Assembly: GCA_040373655.1 (NCBI GenBank)
Contig: JBEICB010000002.1
Span: 3,534-67,533, forward strand
Length of the DNA: 64,000 bases
Origin: Pirellula sp.
GTDB lineage: Bacteria > Planctomycetota > Planctomycetia > Pirellulales > Pirellulaceae
Direction of reading: 5' to 3'
The notes below the pieces were generated by a model. That model was not told the DNA's origin and ran no database searches. It saw only the letters and a program-made list of their open reading frames with translations. Of the stretch, positions 46,337-56,463 are shown in pieces. The translations under genes and the position numbers were made by a program. Each line of letters begins with the position of its first letter. The stretch's first letter is position 1.

Positions 46337-47965
46337 TTAGTGGCGGAAGTGCCGTTGGCCGGTGAAGATCATCGGAATGCGGTGTTCATTGCAAGCTGCG
46401 ATGACTTCATCATCTTTCTTGGATCCGCCGGGCTGTATGATCGCTACAACGCCAGCTTGGGCTGCTCGGTGGATTGAATCAGGGAAGGGGAAGAAGGCGT
46501 CGGAAGCGAGGATGCTGCCGCGGGATCGCTCGGCTGCTTTGGAGATAGCGATTTCGACGCTATCGACTCGGCTCATTTGGCCTGCCCCAACGCCGACGAG
46601 AGCGGCGTCACGCGCCAAAACGATTGCGTTGCTTTTTACGTGTCGGACCATTTCCCAACCGAAGGCGATATCGTCCCAAAGGGCATCTTCAACCGGAATG
46701 TCGGTAACGGTTTTCCAAGTCAGGTTTGCAGGTGGTAGTACGTCGGCTTGTTGCACCAGTACGCCACCGCTGACAAAGCGATAATCGAGAGTAGGTTCGA
46801 GGGGGCCTTCCGCACCAATTGCGATTAGACGAACGTTGTCCCGCCATTTGGGTTTTGTCGAGAGGATTGAAACGGCTTCATCGGAGAAGTTCGGTGCGAC
46901 GATCGCTTCGATGAAAAGACCGGGCTGGCAGAGGACTTCTGCGGTTTCTTGGTCGACGGTTTTGTTGAAACCGAGGATACCGCCGAAAGCACTTTGAGGG
47001 TCGCCTTCGAGTGCTTTCCTGCAAGCGAAGGAGAGTTTATGACCGGAAGCTGCACCACATGGATTGTTGTGTTTGATTACAACGGCAGAAGGTTTTGCGA
47101 AGCATCGCACGATCTCATAGGCGCTGTCAGCATCGAGCAAGTTGTTGTACGAGAGTTCTTTGCCGTGGAGCTTCTTGGCTTGTACAAGTGAGCAGCCGGA
47201 AGAGGGGCGAGCGTAGAGGGCGGCGAGTTGGTGTGGGTTTTCGCCGTAACGCAGATCGAGGACTTTGGTAAGTTTCATTTCCAAGACGCTTGGAAGTGAT
47301 GGTTGGTGTGAAGAGCCGTATGCATTCGTAGATTGTGGATTGGACGATGGATTGATCTCGGGGTTGGATTCTTGGTCGAGAAGGTACTTTGCAATTGCTG
47401 CGTCGTAGGCGGCGGTGGATTGGAAGCACTCACGTGCTAGTCGCTTCCTCAAGGGGAGAGACGTTCCTCCTAGGGATTCGAATTCATCGACGATCGGACC
47501 GTATTGGCTTGGTGAGGTTGCTACGGTGACGAAGGGGTGATTTTTGGACGCGGCCCGAATGAGGCTTGGGCCTCCTATGTCGATTTGCTCGACAGCTTCG
47601 TCAAAGGCAACGCCGGGTTTTGCTACAGTAGCTTCGAATGGGTAGAGGTTGACGACCACTAGATCGAATTGAGCGATAGCATGATCGGAGAGGGATTGAA
47701 GGTCAGAGGGATTATTTCGTCGGGCGAGGATACCGCCGAATATTTTCGGGTGAAGGGTTTTAACCCGCCCATCCATGACTTCTGGGAAACCAGTGTACTG
47801 AGCGACTTCGACAGCTGGGATACCTGCATCGAGGAGGAATTTTCGGGTTCCACCGGTGCTGTAGATTTCTACCCCGCGAGCTGCGAGGCGTTTGGCAAAA
47901 TCAAGTAACCCCGTTTTATCACTGACACTGATTAAGGCACGTCGGATAGGTGCAGGTTGGCTCAC
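46337..47965 (-). CDS. purH: Bifunctional AICAR transformylase / IMP cyclohydrolase
   Basis: MGS-like N-terminus 'RALISVSDKTGLLDFAKRL', 'VVVNLYPF', 'IKHNNPCGAA'. C-terminal 'AFFPFPD...GGSKKD'. GTG start. Confidence 0.97.
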   Translation of the reverse strand: MSQPAPIRRALISVSDKTGLLDFAKRLAARGVEIYSTGGTRKFLLDAGIPAVEVAQYTGFPEVMDGRVKTLHPKIFGGILARRNNPSDLQSLSDHAIAQFDLVVVNLYPFEATVAKPGVAFDEAVEQIDIGGPSLIRAASKNHPFVTVATSPSQYGPIVDEFESLGGTSLPLRKRLARECFQSTAAYDAAIAKYLLDQESNPEINPSSNPQSTNAYGSSHQPSLPSVLEMKLTKVLDLRYGENPHQLAALYARPSSGCSLVQAKKLHGKELSYNNLLDADSAYEIVRCFAKPSAVVIKHNNPCGAASGHKLSFACRKALEGDPQSAFGGILGFNKTVDQETAEVLCQPGLFIEAIVAPNFSDEAVSILSTKPKWRDNVRLIAIGAEGPLEPTLDYRFVSGGVLVQQADVLPPANLTWKTVTDIPVEDALWDDIAFGWEMVRHVKSNAIVLARDAALVGVGAGQMSRVDSVEIAISKAAERSRGSILASDAFFPFPDSIHRAAQAGVVAIIQPGGSKKDDEVIAACNEHRIPMIFTGQRHFRH

Positions 47966-48129
47966 GGTAATCTCTTTGAATCTCTTTGGTTCCGGTCATG
48001 GATTGGTCAACAGAATCCCAATCTCGCGTGGGGCGAGTCGGTCGAAAAGCATGTCGACGGCGATCGTGAAGTGTAGCAGTCGCGCATGGGAGTGAAACTC
48101 CACAGGAAATCGTCCCCGAACTTGGGAGA

Positions 48130-48188
48130 AATCGCAAGCCTATCCGCGCATGAAGTCCATGAGAATACAGCCTGTGGGGCTTGCGATT
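48130..48188. repeat. 11-bp perfect inverted repeat (aatcgcaagcc ... ggcttgcgatt) with 37-nt spacer
   Basis: Read directly. Located in the divergent purH / cupin-operon intergenic region. Confidence 0.9.
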
Positions 48189-48297
48189 CGCGCCCGGGCA
48201 TCATACAACAAAGCACCCATAGGAGCGGTTGAATGAGGGCTCTTCTGCCCTAACGCTTTCTTTGATCCCTATCTCTGACTCACTTGCGAGCGTTTTC

Positions 48298-49563
48298 ATG
48301 TCTGGCACCGGTTTAGATGCAGGTTTGGTTCCATCGGACAATGTGGCACGTATTTTGGAACAAGCCATGGATGCGGGGGAGGGGCTGTTGCGACTGACCC
48401 CCACATGGGTACCACGTAGTTTTTTGCATCCTGGTCGTCGGATCAAGTTGCATCCGAATGACTTATATGCGTTTGGTGCGAATCGTGGTGGTATTGACGA
48501 GCGTTGGTTTGCCAGTACGACCGAAGCGGCGAACGAGGGGCGGGTATGGCATGAGGGATTGAGTTTTTGCTTGTTTGAGGGGCAAAAATTCTTGCTCAAG
48601 GACGCGGTCGCGGAGCAGGGGAGCAAGCTCGTTGGATCGCCGATTTTTGGCAAGTACAACCGATGGCCGGTGTATTCGAAGTTTTTTGACAACATGGGGC
48701 CAATTCCGCACCACATGCACCAGTCTGCAGAAGACGCTGCGTTGGTCGGACAGGAAGGCAAACCGGAGAGTTATTACTTTCCACCACAGTACAACAATGT
48801 TGATAACAATTTCGCATACACTTTCATGGGATTGGAGCCTGGCACAACGAAAGACCAGCTCCGCCGATGTCTCGAAAATTGGAACCGCGGGGATAACGGT
48901 ATCCTGGATCTTTCGCGTGCTTACCGGCTCAAGCGAGGGACTGGCTGGTTGATTCCACCAGGAGTTCTTCACGCGCCAGGTTCATTGTGCACCTACGAAC
49001 CGCAATGGGGCAGCGACGTCTTCGGCATGTTCCAATCGATCGTCGAAGGCCGTTATGTTCCTTGGTCACTGTTGGTCAAAGATATGCCGAAGGACAAGCA
49101 TCAAGACTTGGACTTTATTATGGGCCAGTTGGATTGGGAGAAGAACGTCGATACGCACTTTAAGGATGCGAATTACATCGAACCGATTGTAGACGAGTCC
49201 AAGAGTGGCCCAGGCGTCACCGACAAGTGGATCGTTTATGGCACCATCGACGGCAAGCAATTGTTCAGTGCGAAGGAACTGACGCTCGATCCGGGTGCGA
49301 AGACAACTCTCAAGGATGGTGCGGCTAGCGGTTGGATCACGGTCCAAGGCAAGGGTCGTATTGGCAAGTTAGCTTTGCAAACTCCAGCGATGATTCGATT
49401 TGGGCAGAACACTGAAGACGAAGTATTTGTTTCTCACGACGCTGCCACTCGTGGTGTGACGATTGAGAACACAGGAAGTGAGCCACTCGTTGGATTGCGT
49501 TACTTTGGTCCAGATGCACACTCCAATCTTCCTGCGAACGGTGCTTGGCAAAAGAACCGTTAA
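48298..49563 (+). CDS. Cupin-fold protein resembling type I phosphomannose-isomerase-like sugar isomerases
   Basis: 'PIPHHMHQ', 'GKPESYYF' and 'IPPGVLHAPGS' parallel the metal-ligand segments of PMI-type cupins. First gene of a 3-gene plus-strand run. Call is from memory of motifs. Confidence 0.55.
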   Translation: MSGTGLDAGLVPSDNVARILEQAMDAGEGLLRLTPTWVPRSFLHPGRRIKLHPNDLYAFGANRGGIDERWFASTTEAANEGRVWHEGLSFCLFEGQKFLLKDAVAEQGSKLVGSPIFGKYNRWPVYSKFFDNMGPIPHHMHQSAEDAALVGQEGKPESYYFPPQYNNVDNNFAYTFMGLEPGTTKDQLRRCLENWNRGDNGILDLSRAYRLKRGTGWLIPPGVLHAPGSLCTYEPQWGSDVFGMFQSIVEGRYVPWSLLVKDMPKDKHQDLDFIMGQLDWEKNVDTHFKDANYIEPIVDESKSGPGVTDKWIVYGTIDGKQLFSAKELTLDPGAKTTLKDGAASGWITVQGKGRIGKLALQTPAMIRFGQNTEDEVFVSHDAATRGVTIENTGSEPLVGLRYFGPDAHSNLPANGAWQKNR

Positions 49564-49621
49564 TCCCATCGCACAGCGTGAATCCTAATTCGAAAACGAA
49601 CCTCAACTGAAGGAATGTCTG

Positions 49622-50662
49622 ATGAACAAGCTTCCCAAGCTCCACAACGCAATGTGGCCTGGTCTAGTAGGAAAAGGGGATGGGCCTGGCCAAGAGCCAC
49701 CGATCTCTCTTGAGCAGATGCTTAAATGGACTGCTGCGGCAAACGTTGGAGGGCAGAAGTTCGAGGGGATCGATTACTTCTTGTTCTTTCCTCACACCGA
49801 TCCGAATGCATCGCAAGAGGACCTCAAAAAGGTTGCGGATCAAATCGCGAGTTATGGATTTCAAGTCGGCTCGTTGGTCGCTCCTGTGTGGCCGGGTACG
49901 GTCGGAGATTCCGCGATGGGGGATGATGAGCAGCAGAAGAAGTTTTTGTCTGCTGTTGAGACTGCTTGTCGAATTGCCAACGCATTTGAGAACCATGGAG
50001 TTCGAAAATATGGGGTGATTCGGGTCGACAGCGCCGAGTTCGGCATTGAGAAGTGGCGTGCGAATCCAAAGATCAATACCGCGCGAATTATCGACACCTT
50101 CAAAAAAGCGGCGAAGATTGCCAAAGACCACGGTCAACGGCTTGCGGCCGAAGGTGAGATTTGTTGGGCGGGAATGCACTCTTGGCGAGATATGCTCGAC
50201 ATCCTTGAAGGGGTTGGAATGCCAGAGGCTTTTGGGTTCCAAGCAGACTTGGCACACACGTACCTGTATCTGCTGGGCTACAACGCACCTGAGTATGCGA
50301 TGTTGGGTTCGACGTATTCGCAAGAAGAGTTCTATGCTGCGTATGAGAAGATGACCGATAAGCTTCGGCCTTGGACCATCGACTTCCACGTCGCACAAAA
50401 CGATGGTCATGTACACGGAGCAGGCTCACACGACAAGACTGGCAAGCATTGTCCTGCGGATGATCCGAATGGCAAGCTGGATATCGTCAAGTGCTCGGGA
50501 TATTGGCTTAAGGATGCCGCTGCTCGCGGAATTGAGCATATCTGCTGGGACGGATGTATGTTCCCCAACGCGACCTTGGAGTCGGCTAATACATGGAACA
50601 CCATCTTGGCGGCCATGATCGCAGTTCGTGAAGCCCACGGCTGGAATTCGGCTTCGGTCTAA
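49622..50662 (+). CDS. Sugar phosphate isomerase/epimerase-like (xylose-isomerase-like TIM barrel) protein
   Basis: Size, alternating pattern and context (between a cupin isomerase-like gene and a Gfo/Idh/MocA gene). Resembles planctomycete TIM-barrel proteins. No single diagnostic motif. Confidence 0.6.
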   Translation: MNKLPKLHNAMWPGLVGKGDGPGQEPPISLEQMLKWTAAANVGGQKFEGIDYFLFFPHTDPNASQEDLKKVADQIASYGFQVGSLVAPVWPGTVGDSAMGDDEQQKKFLSAVETACRIANAFENHGVRKYGVIRVDSAEFGIEKWRANPKINTARIIDTFKKAAKIAKDHGQRLAAEGEICWAGMHSWRDMLDILEGVGMPEAFGFQADLAHTYLYLLGYNAPEYAMLGSTYSQEEFYAAYEKMTDKLRPWTIDFHVAQNDGHVHGAGSHDKTGKHCPADDPNGKLDIVKCSGYWLKDAAARGIEHICWDGCMFPNATLESANTWNTILAAMIAVREAHGWNSASV

Positions 50663-50711
50663 AGACCCGTTAGAACCCCCAAAAAAATTACTGAACAAGG
50701 ATACAAAACAG

Positions 50712-51842
50712 ATGAAAGAACTTCGTATTGGGATGATTGGTTACGGGTTTATGGGTAAGGCCCATACCAACGCGTACTTGCAAGCAGGAAGGTTTTTCAA
50801 GAGTGAATACCAGCCTGTCTTGAAAGCACTCTGTGCGCGGAATGCAGACAAAGCCAAGTCGTTTGCGGACAATTGGGGCTATCAGTCTATTGAGACCGAT
50901 TGGCGCGAGTTGCTCAAGCGATCCGATATCGATGCGGTTGATATCTGCACTCCAAACAATCTGCACAAAGAGATTGCGATTGAGGCTGCGAAGGCAGGCA
51001 AGATGATTCTTTGTGAGAAGCCATTGGCGATGAATACCGCCGAAGGGCTTGAAATGGTCGCTGCGGTCGAAAAGGCTGGTGTGCCAAACATGGTTTGGTA
51101 CAATTATCGCCGAGTGCCTGCGGTGACGATGGCTCAGCAAATTGTCGCTTCTGGGAAGCTTGGACGAATCTTCCATTACCGTGCGAACTTCCTTCAAGAC
51201 TGGACGATCAATGCAGACGTTCCACAGGGTGGCGCAGCGACGTGGAGACTGGATGTGGATGCCGCAGGCAGTGGTGTAACTGGGGACTTGCTCGCTCACT
51301 GCATCGACACGGCGCTATGGATCAACGGCTCGATCAATGATGTATGTGCTGTGACCGAGACGTTCGTCAAAGAACGGGTTCATGCGGAGACAGGCAAGAA
51401 GGCACCAGTGGGAATTGACGATGCTTGCTCATTCTTCTGCCACTTCAATAATGGTTCCTTGGGACTGTTTGAATCGACTCGTTATGCTCGCGGCCACAAG
51501 GCTCTCTACACGTTGGAAATCAACGGCGAGAACGCGAGTATTGCTTGGGATTTGCATGATTTGCATCGCCTCAAGTACTTCGATTACAACGACGACTCGG
51601 TCGTTCGCGGCTGGCGATCCATTCACGTTTCCGATGGAAACCAACCTTATATGGGCAATTGGTGGGTGCCTGGTTTGCAGATTGGCTATGAGCATTCGTT
51701 TACTCACCAAGTCGCCGACTTCTTGAAGGGCTTGGAAACTGGCCAAGCTGCTCATCCGACGTTCCGCGATGCCTTGGAAACACAGCGAGTTTGCGATGCT
51801 GTGTTGGCGAGTGCGAAAGATCGGCAGTGGAAGACGGTTTAG
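50712..51842 (+). CDS. Cytoplasmic Gfo/Idh/MocA-family oxidoreductase
   Basis: '[15 protein letters not shown]' Rossmann N-terminus, '[12 protein letters not shown]', 'CEKPLA'. The start was trimmed to the ATG at 50712. Confidence 0.9.
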   Translation: MKELRIGMIGYGFMGKAHTNAYLQAGRFFKSEYQPVLKALCARNADKAKSFADNWGYQSIETDWRELLKRSDIDAVDICTPNNLHKEIAIEAAKAGKMILCEKPLAMNTAEGLEMVAAVEKAGVPNMVWYNYRRVPAVTMAQQIVASGKLGRIFHYRANFLQDWTINADVPQGGAATWRLDVDAAGSGVTGDLLAHCIDTALWINGSINDVCAVTETFVKERVHAETGKKAPVGIDDACSFFCHFNNGSLGLFESTRYARGHKALYTLEINGENASIAWDLHDLHRLKYFDYNDDSVVRGWRSIHVSDGNQPYMGNWWVPGLQIGYEHSFTHQVADFLKGLETGQAAHPTFRDALETQRVCDAVLASAKDRQWKTV

Positions 51843-51910
51843 TGCAGTTCGCTCCGTTGGAGCGAGGGTACGCTATCTGCTGAGCGAGCCCACAACTGGA
51901 TTAGTACAAT

Positions 51911-51943
51911 AAAAAACGCGGACGGAAATCGTCCGCGTTTTTT
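51911..51943. terminator. Bidirectional intrinsic terminator shared by the sugar operon (+) and rtcB (-)
   Basis: 8-bp GC-rich stem CGCGGACG (51917-51924) / CGTCCGCG (51930-51937) with a 5-nt loop. Flanked by A6 (51911-51916) and T6 (51938-51943). Confidence 0.85.
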
Positions 51944-52025
51944 GTTTTGTTTATTCGGGCCAAGGGTCAAGGGTGCAAATAAAGCACTTGCGCCTTGTTT
52001 GAGGTAAGCTGTAACCAGTGAGGCG

Positions 52026-53426
52026 TTAGTCTTCGGCAGGGCTTCCATCCTCACACATCTTGACGATTTTTGGATCGAAACGTGCGACGATATCGACAAG
52101 GTCTTGTTGAGCAGCCATGACAGTGAGGATGTCTTTGTACGCACCTGGGGCCTCGTCAGCACCGGCGGAGATCACGCGAATACCTTGATCGCCAAGTTGG
52201 TTGCGAACAGCATTCCAAGTGTACTTTGATTTGGCTTGGGTGCGGCTCATTTGCCGTCCCGCACCGTGGGATGCCGAGTTTAGGCTTGCCGAGTTTCCTC
52301 GCCCTTTCACGACAAAGCCTGGGGTCGCCATTGAACCGGGGATAACGCCAAGGACTCCCTTGCCGGCCGGTGTGGCACCTTTTCGATGGACGATCCACTC
52401 CTTCCCTTGGTGGATTTCTTTCCAAGCGAAGTTGTGGTGGTTTTCCACGCCGCTGATAATTCTCGCCCCGAGCAATTTGGAGACGAGTCGATGGATGACT
52501 TCATGGTTTGCCGCTGCGTACTCACCCATAAGGTTCATGGCAGCCCAGTATTCTTGGCCAGCTTGACTATCGAGGGAAAGCCAACCTAGGTATCCGAATT
52601 TTTCGGCGTACTTCTTAGGTATCAGACTACGAGCGATGCTGGAGTAGACGGAGCAGACCGAAGCACCGGTGCCTCGACTACCGCTATGGCTAAGCAGTGC
52701 AGTGTAGGTTCCCGCTTCGAGCCCTAGATCCTTCGAGTCCTCTTGGAGGGTAAGCGAACCGAATTCCACGAAGTGGTTCCCTGAACCACTGGTCCCGAGT
52801 TGAAGTCTTGCGATGTCTTTCTTTTCGCGGGTTGTACGAGAGACTGTCCAATCCGCATCCATCACGGGGTGATCTTGGGGCGTTTCGTGTTGAGATCCAA
52901 TTCCAAAGCGAGTTCCGCGTTGCAATACATCCTCAAACCGATGGGGGTTCTTTGCCATTTCTTTTGGAGCGATGTCCAGGATGCTCAATTTCATACGGCA
53001 AGCGATATCTACCCCAACGGCATAGGGTATTACGGCGTTTTCTACGGCAAGAACGCCTCCTATAGGCAATCCGTATCCGACGTGTGCATCTGGCATGAGC
53101 GCAGCGGCGCGGGCGAGTGGGAGTTCGCAAGCGACACGCATTTGTGCATGTGCTCCCGTATCGATGTTATCGCCCCAAGTAGGGTACGCAATCGACTGAG
53201 TTGGCAATTCCGCATCGATAGATTGATCTTCGACCAATGCGGTCGCTAGCGTTCCCCAGATAGCGTCGTTTTGGTAATTCTGCGGAGCGGATAAAAGTGC
53301 TGAGATCGTTTCTTTGACATTCTTTCCGCGATGGCCTTTCGAGGCGATTTCTTTTTGTATCGCAGTGATCGCTACATGGACGCAGTGGTTGGGGATTCCT
53401 AACTTTTCAAGTTGTCGAGCATTCAT
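52026..53426 (-). CDS. rtcB: RNA ligase RtcB (3'-phosphate/5'-OH RNA-splicing ligase)
   Basis: 'DAHVGYGLPIGG', 'GSGNHF', 'HSGSRGTG', 'ENHHNF', 'GSMATPGFVV', 'SASHGAGR'. TTG at 53438; first ATG at 53426. Confidence 0.95.
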   Translation of the reverse strand: MNARQLEKLGIPNHCVHVAITAIQKEIASKGHRGKNVKETISALLSAPQNYQNDAIWGTLATALVEDQSIDAELPTQSIAYPTWGDNIDTGAHAQMRVACELPLARAAALMPDAHVGYGLPIGGVLAVENAVIPYAVGVDIACRMKLSILDIAPKEMAKNPHRFEDVLQRGTRFGIGSQHETPQDHPVMDADWTVSRTTREKKDIARLQLGTSGSGNHFVEFGSLTLQEDSKDLGLEAGTYTALLSHSGSRGTGASVCSVYSSIARSLIPKKYAEKFGYLGWLSLDSQAGQEYWAAMNLMGEYAAANHEVIHRLVSKLLGARIISGVENHHNFAWKEIHQGKEWIVHRKGATPAGKGVLGVIPGSMATPGFVVKGRGNSASLNSASHGAGRQMSRTQAKSKYTWNAVRNQLGDQGIRVISAGADEAPGAYKDILTVMAAQQDLVDIVARFDPKIVKMCEDGSPAED

Positions 53427-53747
53427 GGAGTGATGCAATCCTAAGTAACTTTACGAGCATTTGTTTTGCGAAACGGGACAATCGGTATAGCGATTCAGGG
53501 AGCCTTTTACCAGCGATTTATCCCGACGATAGGTAGTGAGGGGACTTGTGCTATTGGGAGAGACATTGGTGAAAGAGTCTAGTTCGGTAAATATCTCTGT
53601 TTTTTCCCATAAAAGGAGTTCGATGTACTACTATCCTCCAGTCACTTTCTATTTATCATACGAGCTACCTTGCGGGTTTACGCGTGGAGAATACCTGCGT
53701 GTTTATTGGAGAATATCTCAAAGTTCTTTTGTTATCGAGAGCCATTC

Positions 53748-54620
53748 ATGGACCTTATTTATCGTTTTGATCCTTATGCGCCACTGGACTTCAAGCGACC
53801 GAAGACAAATAAAGAGGCATTGAAGGTACTGGTTCAAGGGAATCAGAGGTTTGCATCAACGGTGGAGCATTTGCAGAAGATCAGTGAAGGGGAAAAGCCA
53901 GCTTCGATGGTGTTTCCTATCAATCCGGTTCAGCTAGGTGTTCCATGGATGGGAGGTCTAGAGCCTCTTCATTCCCCGTTTGCGGCTGTTCTTGGGTGCG
54001 CCGATGCTAGGGTACCCATTGAGCATATCTTTGATTGTTCTGCGAACGATCTATTTGTGGTGCGGGTTGCAGGAAACGTGTTGGGACTGGAATGTATTGG
54101 AAGTATTGACTACGCCGCTACTGCGTTACGGGAGTCCCTGAGAAGCGTGATTGTGTTGGGGCATACAGGGTGTGGTGCGATTTCGGCGGCAACCGATGTT
54201 TATCTCGCTCCATCAAGTTTTGCGACGATCGCGTTTAGTCATCCAGTACGTACTTTGATCGACCGGATCATGGTCAGTGTTCGAAGCTCGGCAGAGGCCT
54301 TAGAAGCAGTATATGGTTCGAAGGTAAGCAAGCAGAAGAATTACCGTGAGTTGTTGATCAATACATCCTGTTTCGTAAACGCAGCTATCACGGCTTACGA
54401 CCTGCAGCGAGAGGTCCATGCGGTCTCTAAGGGGCTCACGGTGTCCTACTCGGTATATGACATGGCATGGGCGAGTGTGAATGCGACCCCAATCCGGTCC
54501 AAGGAAGAGGCGTTTGATGCGAAGGCATTTGCGACGGCCCCGACGTCTCCAGAGAGTCTTAAAGAGGCGTCTCGGGTGATAGCAGAGTGTTTATCGGGGA
54601 GTAAGAAGCCCTCGAAGTAG
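53748..54620 (+). CDS. Beta-class carbonic anhydrase-like protein
   Basis: 'LGCADARVP' (CxDxR) and 'GHTGCGAI' (HxxC) zinc-ligand motifs. ATG at 53748 chosen over the upstream TTG. Confidence 0.78.
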   Translation: MDLIYRFDPYAPLDFKRPKTNKEALKVLVQGNQRFASTVEHLQKISEGEKPASMVFPINPVQLGVPWMGGLEPLHSPFAAVLGCADARVPIEHIFDCSANDLFVVRVAGNVLGLECIGSIDYAATALRESLRSVIVLGHTGCGAISAATDVYLAPSSFATIAFSHPVRTLIDRIMVSVRSSAEALEAVYGSKVSKQKNYRELLINTSCFVNAAITAYDLQREVHAVSKGLTVSYSVYDMAWASVNATPIRSKEEAFDAKAFATAPTSPESLKEASRVIAECLSGSKKPSK

Positions 54621-54635
54621 CTCAGGAGCATTGGT

Positions 54636-55142
54636 ATGGGTCGAGAGGATACAGCCAAGATTTTTGTATATGGCACTTTGAAAAGAGATCAGTTGCGCGG
54701 TGCAGTTTGGCCACGTGCCGCGGTAGCGATTTGTTCTGCGGTGGTACGTGGGGAAATGTGGGACTTGGGATCGTATCCCGGATTGACGTACGGGACAGAT
54801 TGGTGCTTGGGCGAGCTTTGGAGTATTGCAATCGAAGATCTCGCAGTGACCCTCTCTGTTCTCGACGACATTGAGGGATACTGTGAAAGTTCGGATAGCG
54901 GGCTGTATTTGCGACGAAAAATTTCCGTTTGGTATCCCGATTCAAATGAGTTTTCCGGAATCGGTGTTTGCGAGGCTCAAACCTATCTGTTCGAGGCACC
55001 TAGCGGCTTGCAGAGGGCAAGAAAAATTTACCCATGGATGGATTGCCCGTTTGGGGCACCGCTGGGTGGACAGGTGGCTTGTTGGCCTGATTTGCACAGT
55101 CGCGTGCCGAAACTCTTAAGTGACGAATTAGATCCAGAGTAG
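54636..55142 (+). CDS. Gamma-glutamylcyclotransferase (AIG2/GGACT-like) family protein
   Basis: N-terminal 'IFVYGTLKRDQ', with downstream 'GELW...LDDIEGY'. Confidence 0.78.
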   Translation: MGREDTAKIFVYGTLKRDQLRGAVWPRAAVAICSAVVRGEMWDLGSYPGLTYGTDWCLGELWSIAIEDLAVTLSVLDDIEGYCESSDSGLYLRRKISVWYPDSNEFSGIGVCEAQTYLFEAPSGLQRARKIYPWMDCPFGAPLGGQVACWPDLHSRVPKLLSDELDPE

Positions 55143-55191
55143 TAGGCCGCCTAGAGTGTTCTTCTTGCTAGCAGAGAGGCCCTGCGACCGA

Positions 55192-55407
55192 TCAGTAATG
55201 CGGTGGAATCTCGTCTTCTGCGCGGCGGGGTTCGCGAGAGGACTCTCTTACTTGCCGGATGTCCGAAGCGATCAAGCGAGTTTCTCGTTGCAAGGTATCG
55301 ATGCGTTTTCCTTGATCGATGATGACTTCGTTTAGGTCGTGGATAGTCCGTTGCAGGTGGGTTACTACGAATTCAAGTTCGGTGAGTCTAGCTTCTGGAT
55401 CCTTCAT
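55192..55407 (-). CDS. slyX: SlyX-family small coiled-coil protein
   Basis: 71 aa. 'RLTELEFVVTHLQRTIHDLNEVIIDQGKRIDTLQRE' matches the SlyX pattern. Confidence 0.78.
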   Translation of the reverse strand: MKDPEARLTELEFVVTHLQRTIHDLNEVIIDQGKRIDTLQRETRLIASDIRQVRESSREPRRAEDEIPPHY

Positions 55408-55439
55408 TGGTAATGCACGCTCTTGTTTGGGTGTTACAG

Positions 55440-56456
55440 TTAGGCTTTGGCAATGCTGGTCAGTTCCGCAGTCCAGGTTTCGACGAGGACCGCAGGTGCA
55501 ATATTTCGGGAGACATCACCTCTGATTTTCATGGTGAGTTGGATGAGCTTTGTCAACGTTGTCGGTGGTAGTAATTCAAAGGGGTTCAATTGGTTGTGGT
55601 GTTTGTCTTCTGCTCCTAGGCGAACGCGCAGAGCGGTTCTCAAGGAGGCGATCGCCTCATCGAAGAGCCAGCGTAGAAACTCCCTTCGTGGTTGCCCATC
55701 GGCAACTTCGTCCTTTAGATGGTCGAGAATCGATTTGTTCAATCGAGCGAAATCTAAGGGGCGTTGTAGTAGAGCGGTAAGGATGTGAGACCGGAATTCG
55801 CGAAGTGTCGGGTTCTTCAATTGGGTTGCGGTTTCGAGCGATCCGCGGGCTACTTGAGCGATGCTTTGGGCTTCTTGTGTGGTTTCCGCAAGATTAGTTC
55901 GTAAGAGTAATTCGGAGAGGTCGGTGTGAGATAATGGAGCGAAGCGAACGATTTGGGATCGGGACCGAATGGTGCTCAACTGAAGGTGCTCCGAGGTACC
56001 TACCAAAAAGATGATAGCACCCGGAGGGGGTTCTTCGAGCGTTTTTAGAAGGCTGTTGGCTTGCTCATCTTCAAAGGTATCAATGTCGTTGATGATCGCG
56101 ATTTTTCTTCTGCCAGAGTAAGGTCGCATCCGAAGTTCGTAACAAAGTCCTGATTGTTCTCCTACGATTTGTTCCATGGTGACCAAGGTCTTTTTCTCAT
56201 CTCGTTCCACGATTTTTAGATCGGGATGTGTACCTGCTTCTAGTTGAACGCAGGTTTCACAGGTGTTGCAAAACGAGAGTTGGTCTTCGGGTGTGTTTGT
56301 GCAAAGCAACGATTTTGCGATCAGTTTCGCAAAGGTTTTTTTACCGATTCCGTTGGGACCGACGAACAGAAAGGTGCTCGCAAGCCGATGGTGTTCGATG
56401 GCGTTCTGAAACCATCTGCGTTGTCGGTGATGTCCTAAGAAATCCGACCATTCCAT
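55440..56456 (-). CDS. holB: DNA polymerase III delta' subunit (clamp-loader AAA+)
   Basis: Walker A 'FVGPNGIGKKTFA', zinc module 'CNTCETCVQ', 'ANSLLKTLEEPP', 'STIRSRSQ'. Confidence 0.85.
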   Translation of the reverse strand: MEWSDFLGHHRQRRWFQNAIEHHRLASTFLFVGPNGIGKKTFAKLIAKSLLCTNTPEDQLSFCNTCETCVQLEAGTHPDLKIVERDEKKTLVTMEQIVGEQSGLCYELRMRPYSGRRKIAIINDIDTFEDEQANSLLKTLEEPPPGAIIFLVGTSEHLQLSTIRSRSQIVRFAPLSHTDLSELLLRTNLAETTQEAQSIAQVARGSLETATQLKNPTLREFRSHILTALLQRPLDFARLNKSILDHLKDEVADGQPRREFLRWLFDEAIASLRTALRVRLGAEDKHHNQLNPFELLPPTTLTKLIQLTMKIRGDVSRNIAPAVLVETWTAELTSIAKA

Positions 56457-56463
56457 GGCATGC

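Noticed and set aside
47966-48297. Possible ZTP (pfl) or purine riboswitch upstream of purH
   Set aside because: I read the purH 5' UTR on the minus strand. I could not find the conserved ZTP segments (GACUGGCG..., CCGCCUGGGC) or the guanine-riboswitch core. The only resemblance is a loose plus-strand 'cgcccgggca'. A covariance-model scan would be needed to be certain.
48201-48972. 186-aa and 169-aa minus-strand ORFs over the start of the cupin gene
   Set aside because: They are antisense to the conserved-looking cupin ORF, with no motifs.
49664-51299. Two long minus-strand ORFs (49664..50416, 250 aa; 50688..51299, 203 aa)
   Set aside because: Both are antisense to the TIM-barrel and Gfo/Idh/MocA genes, which have clear family motifs. 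The composition is typical of shadow frames.
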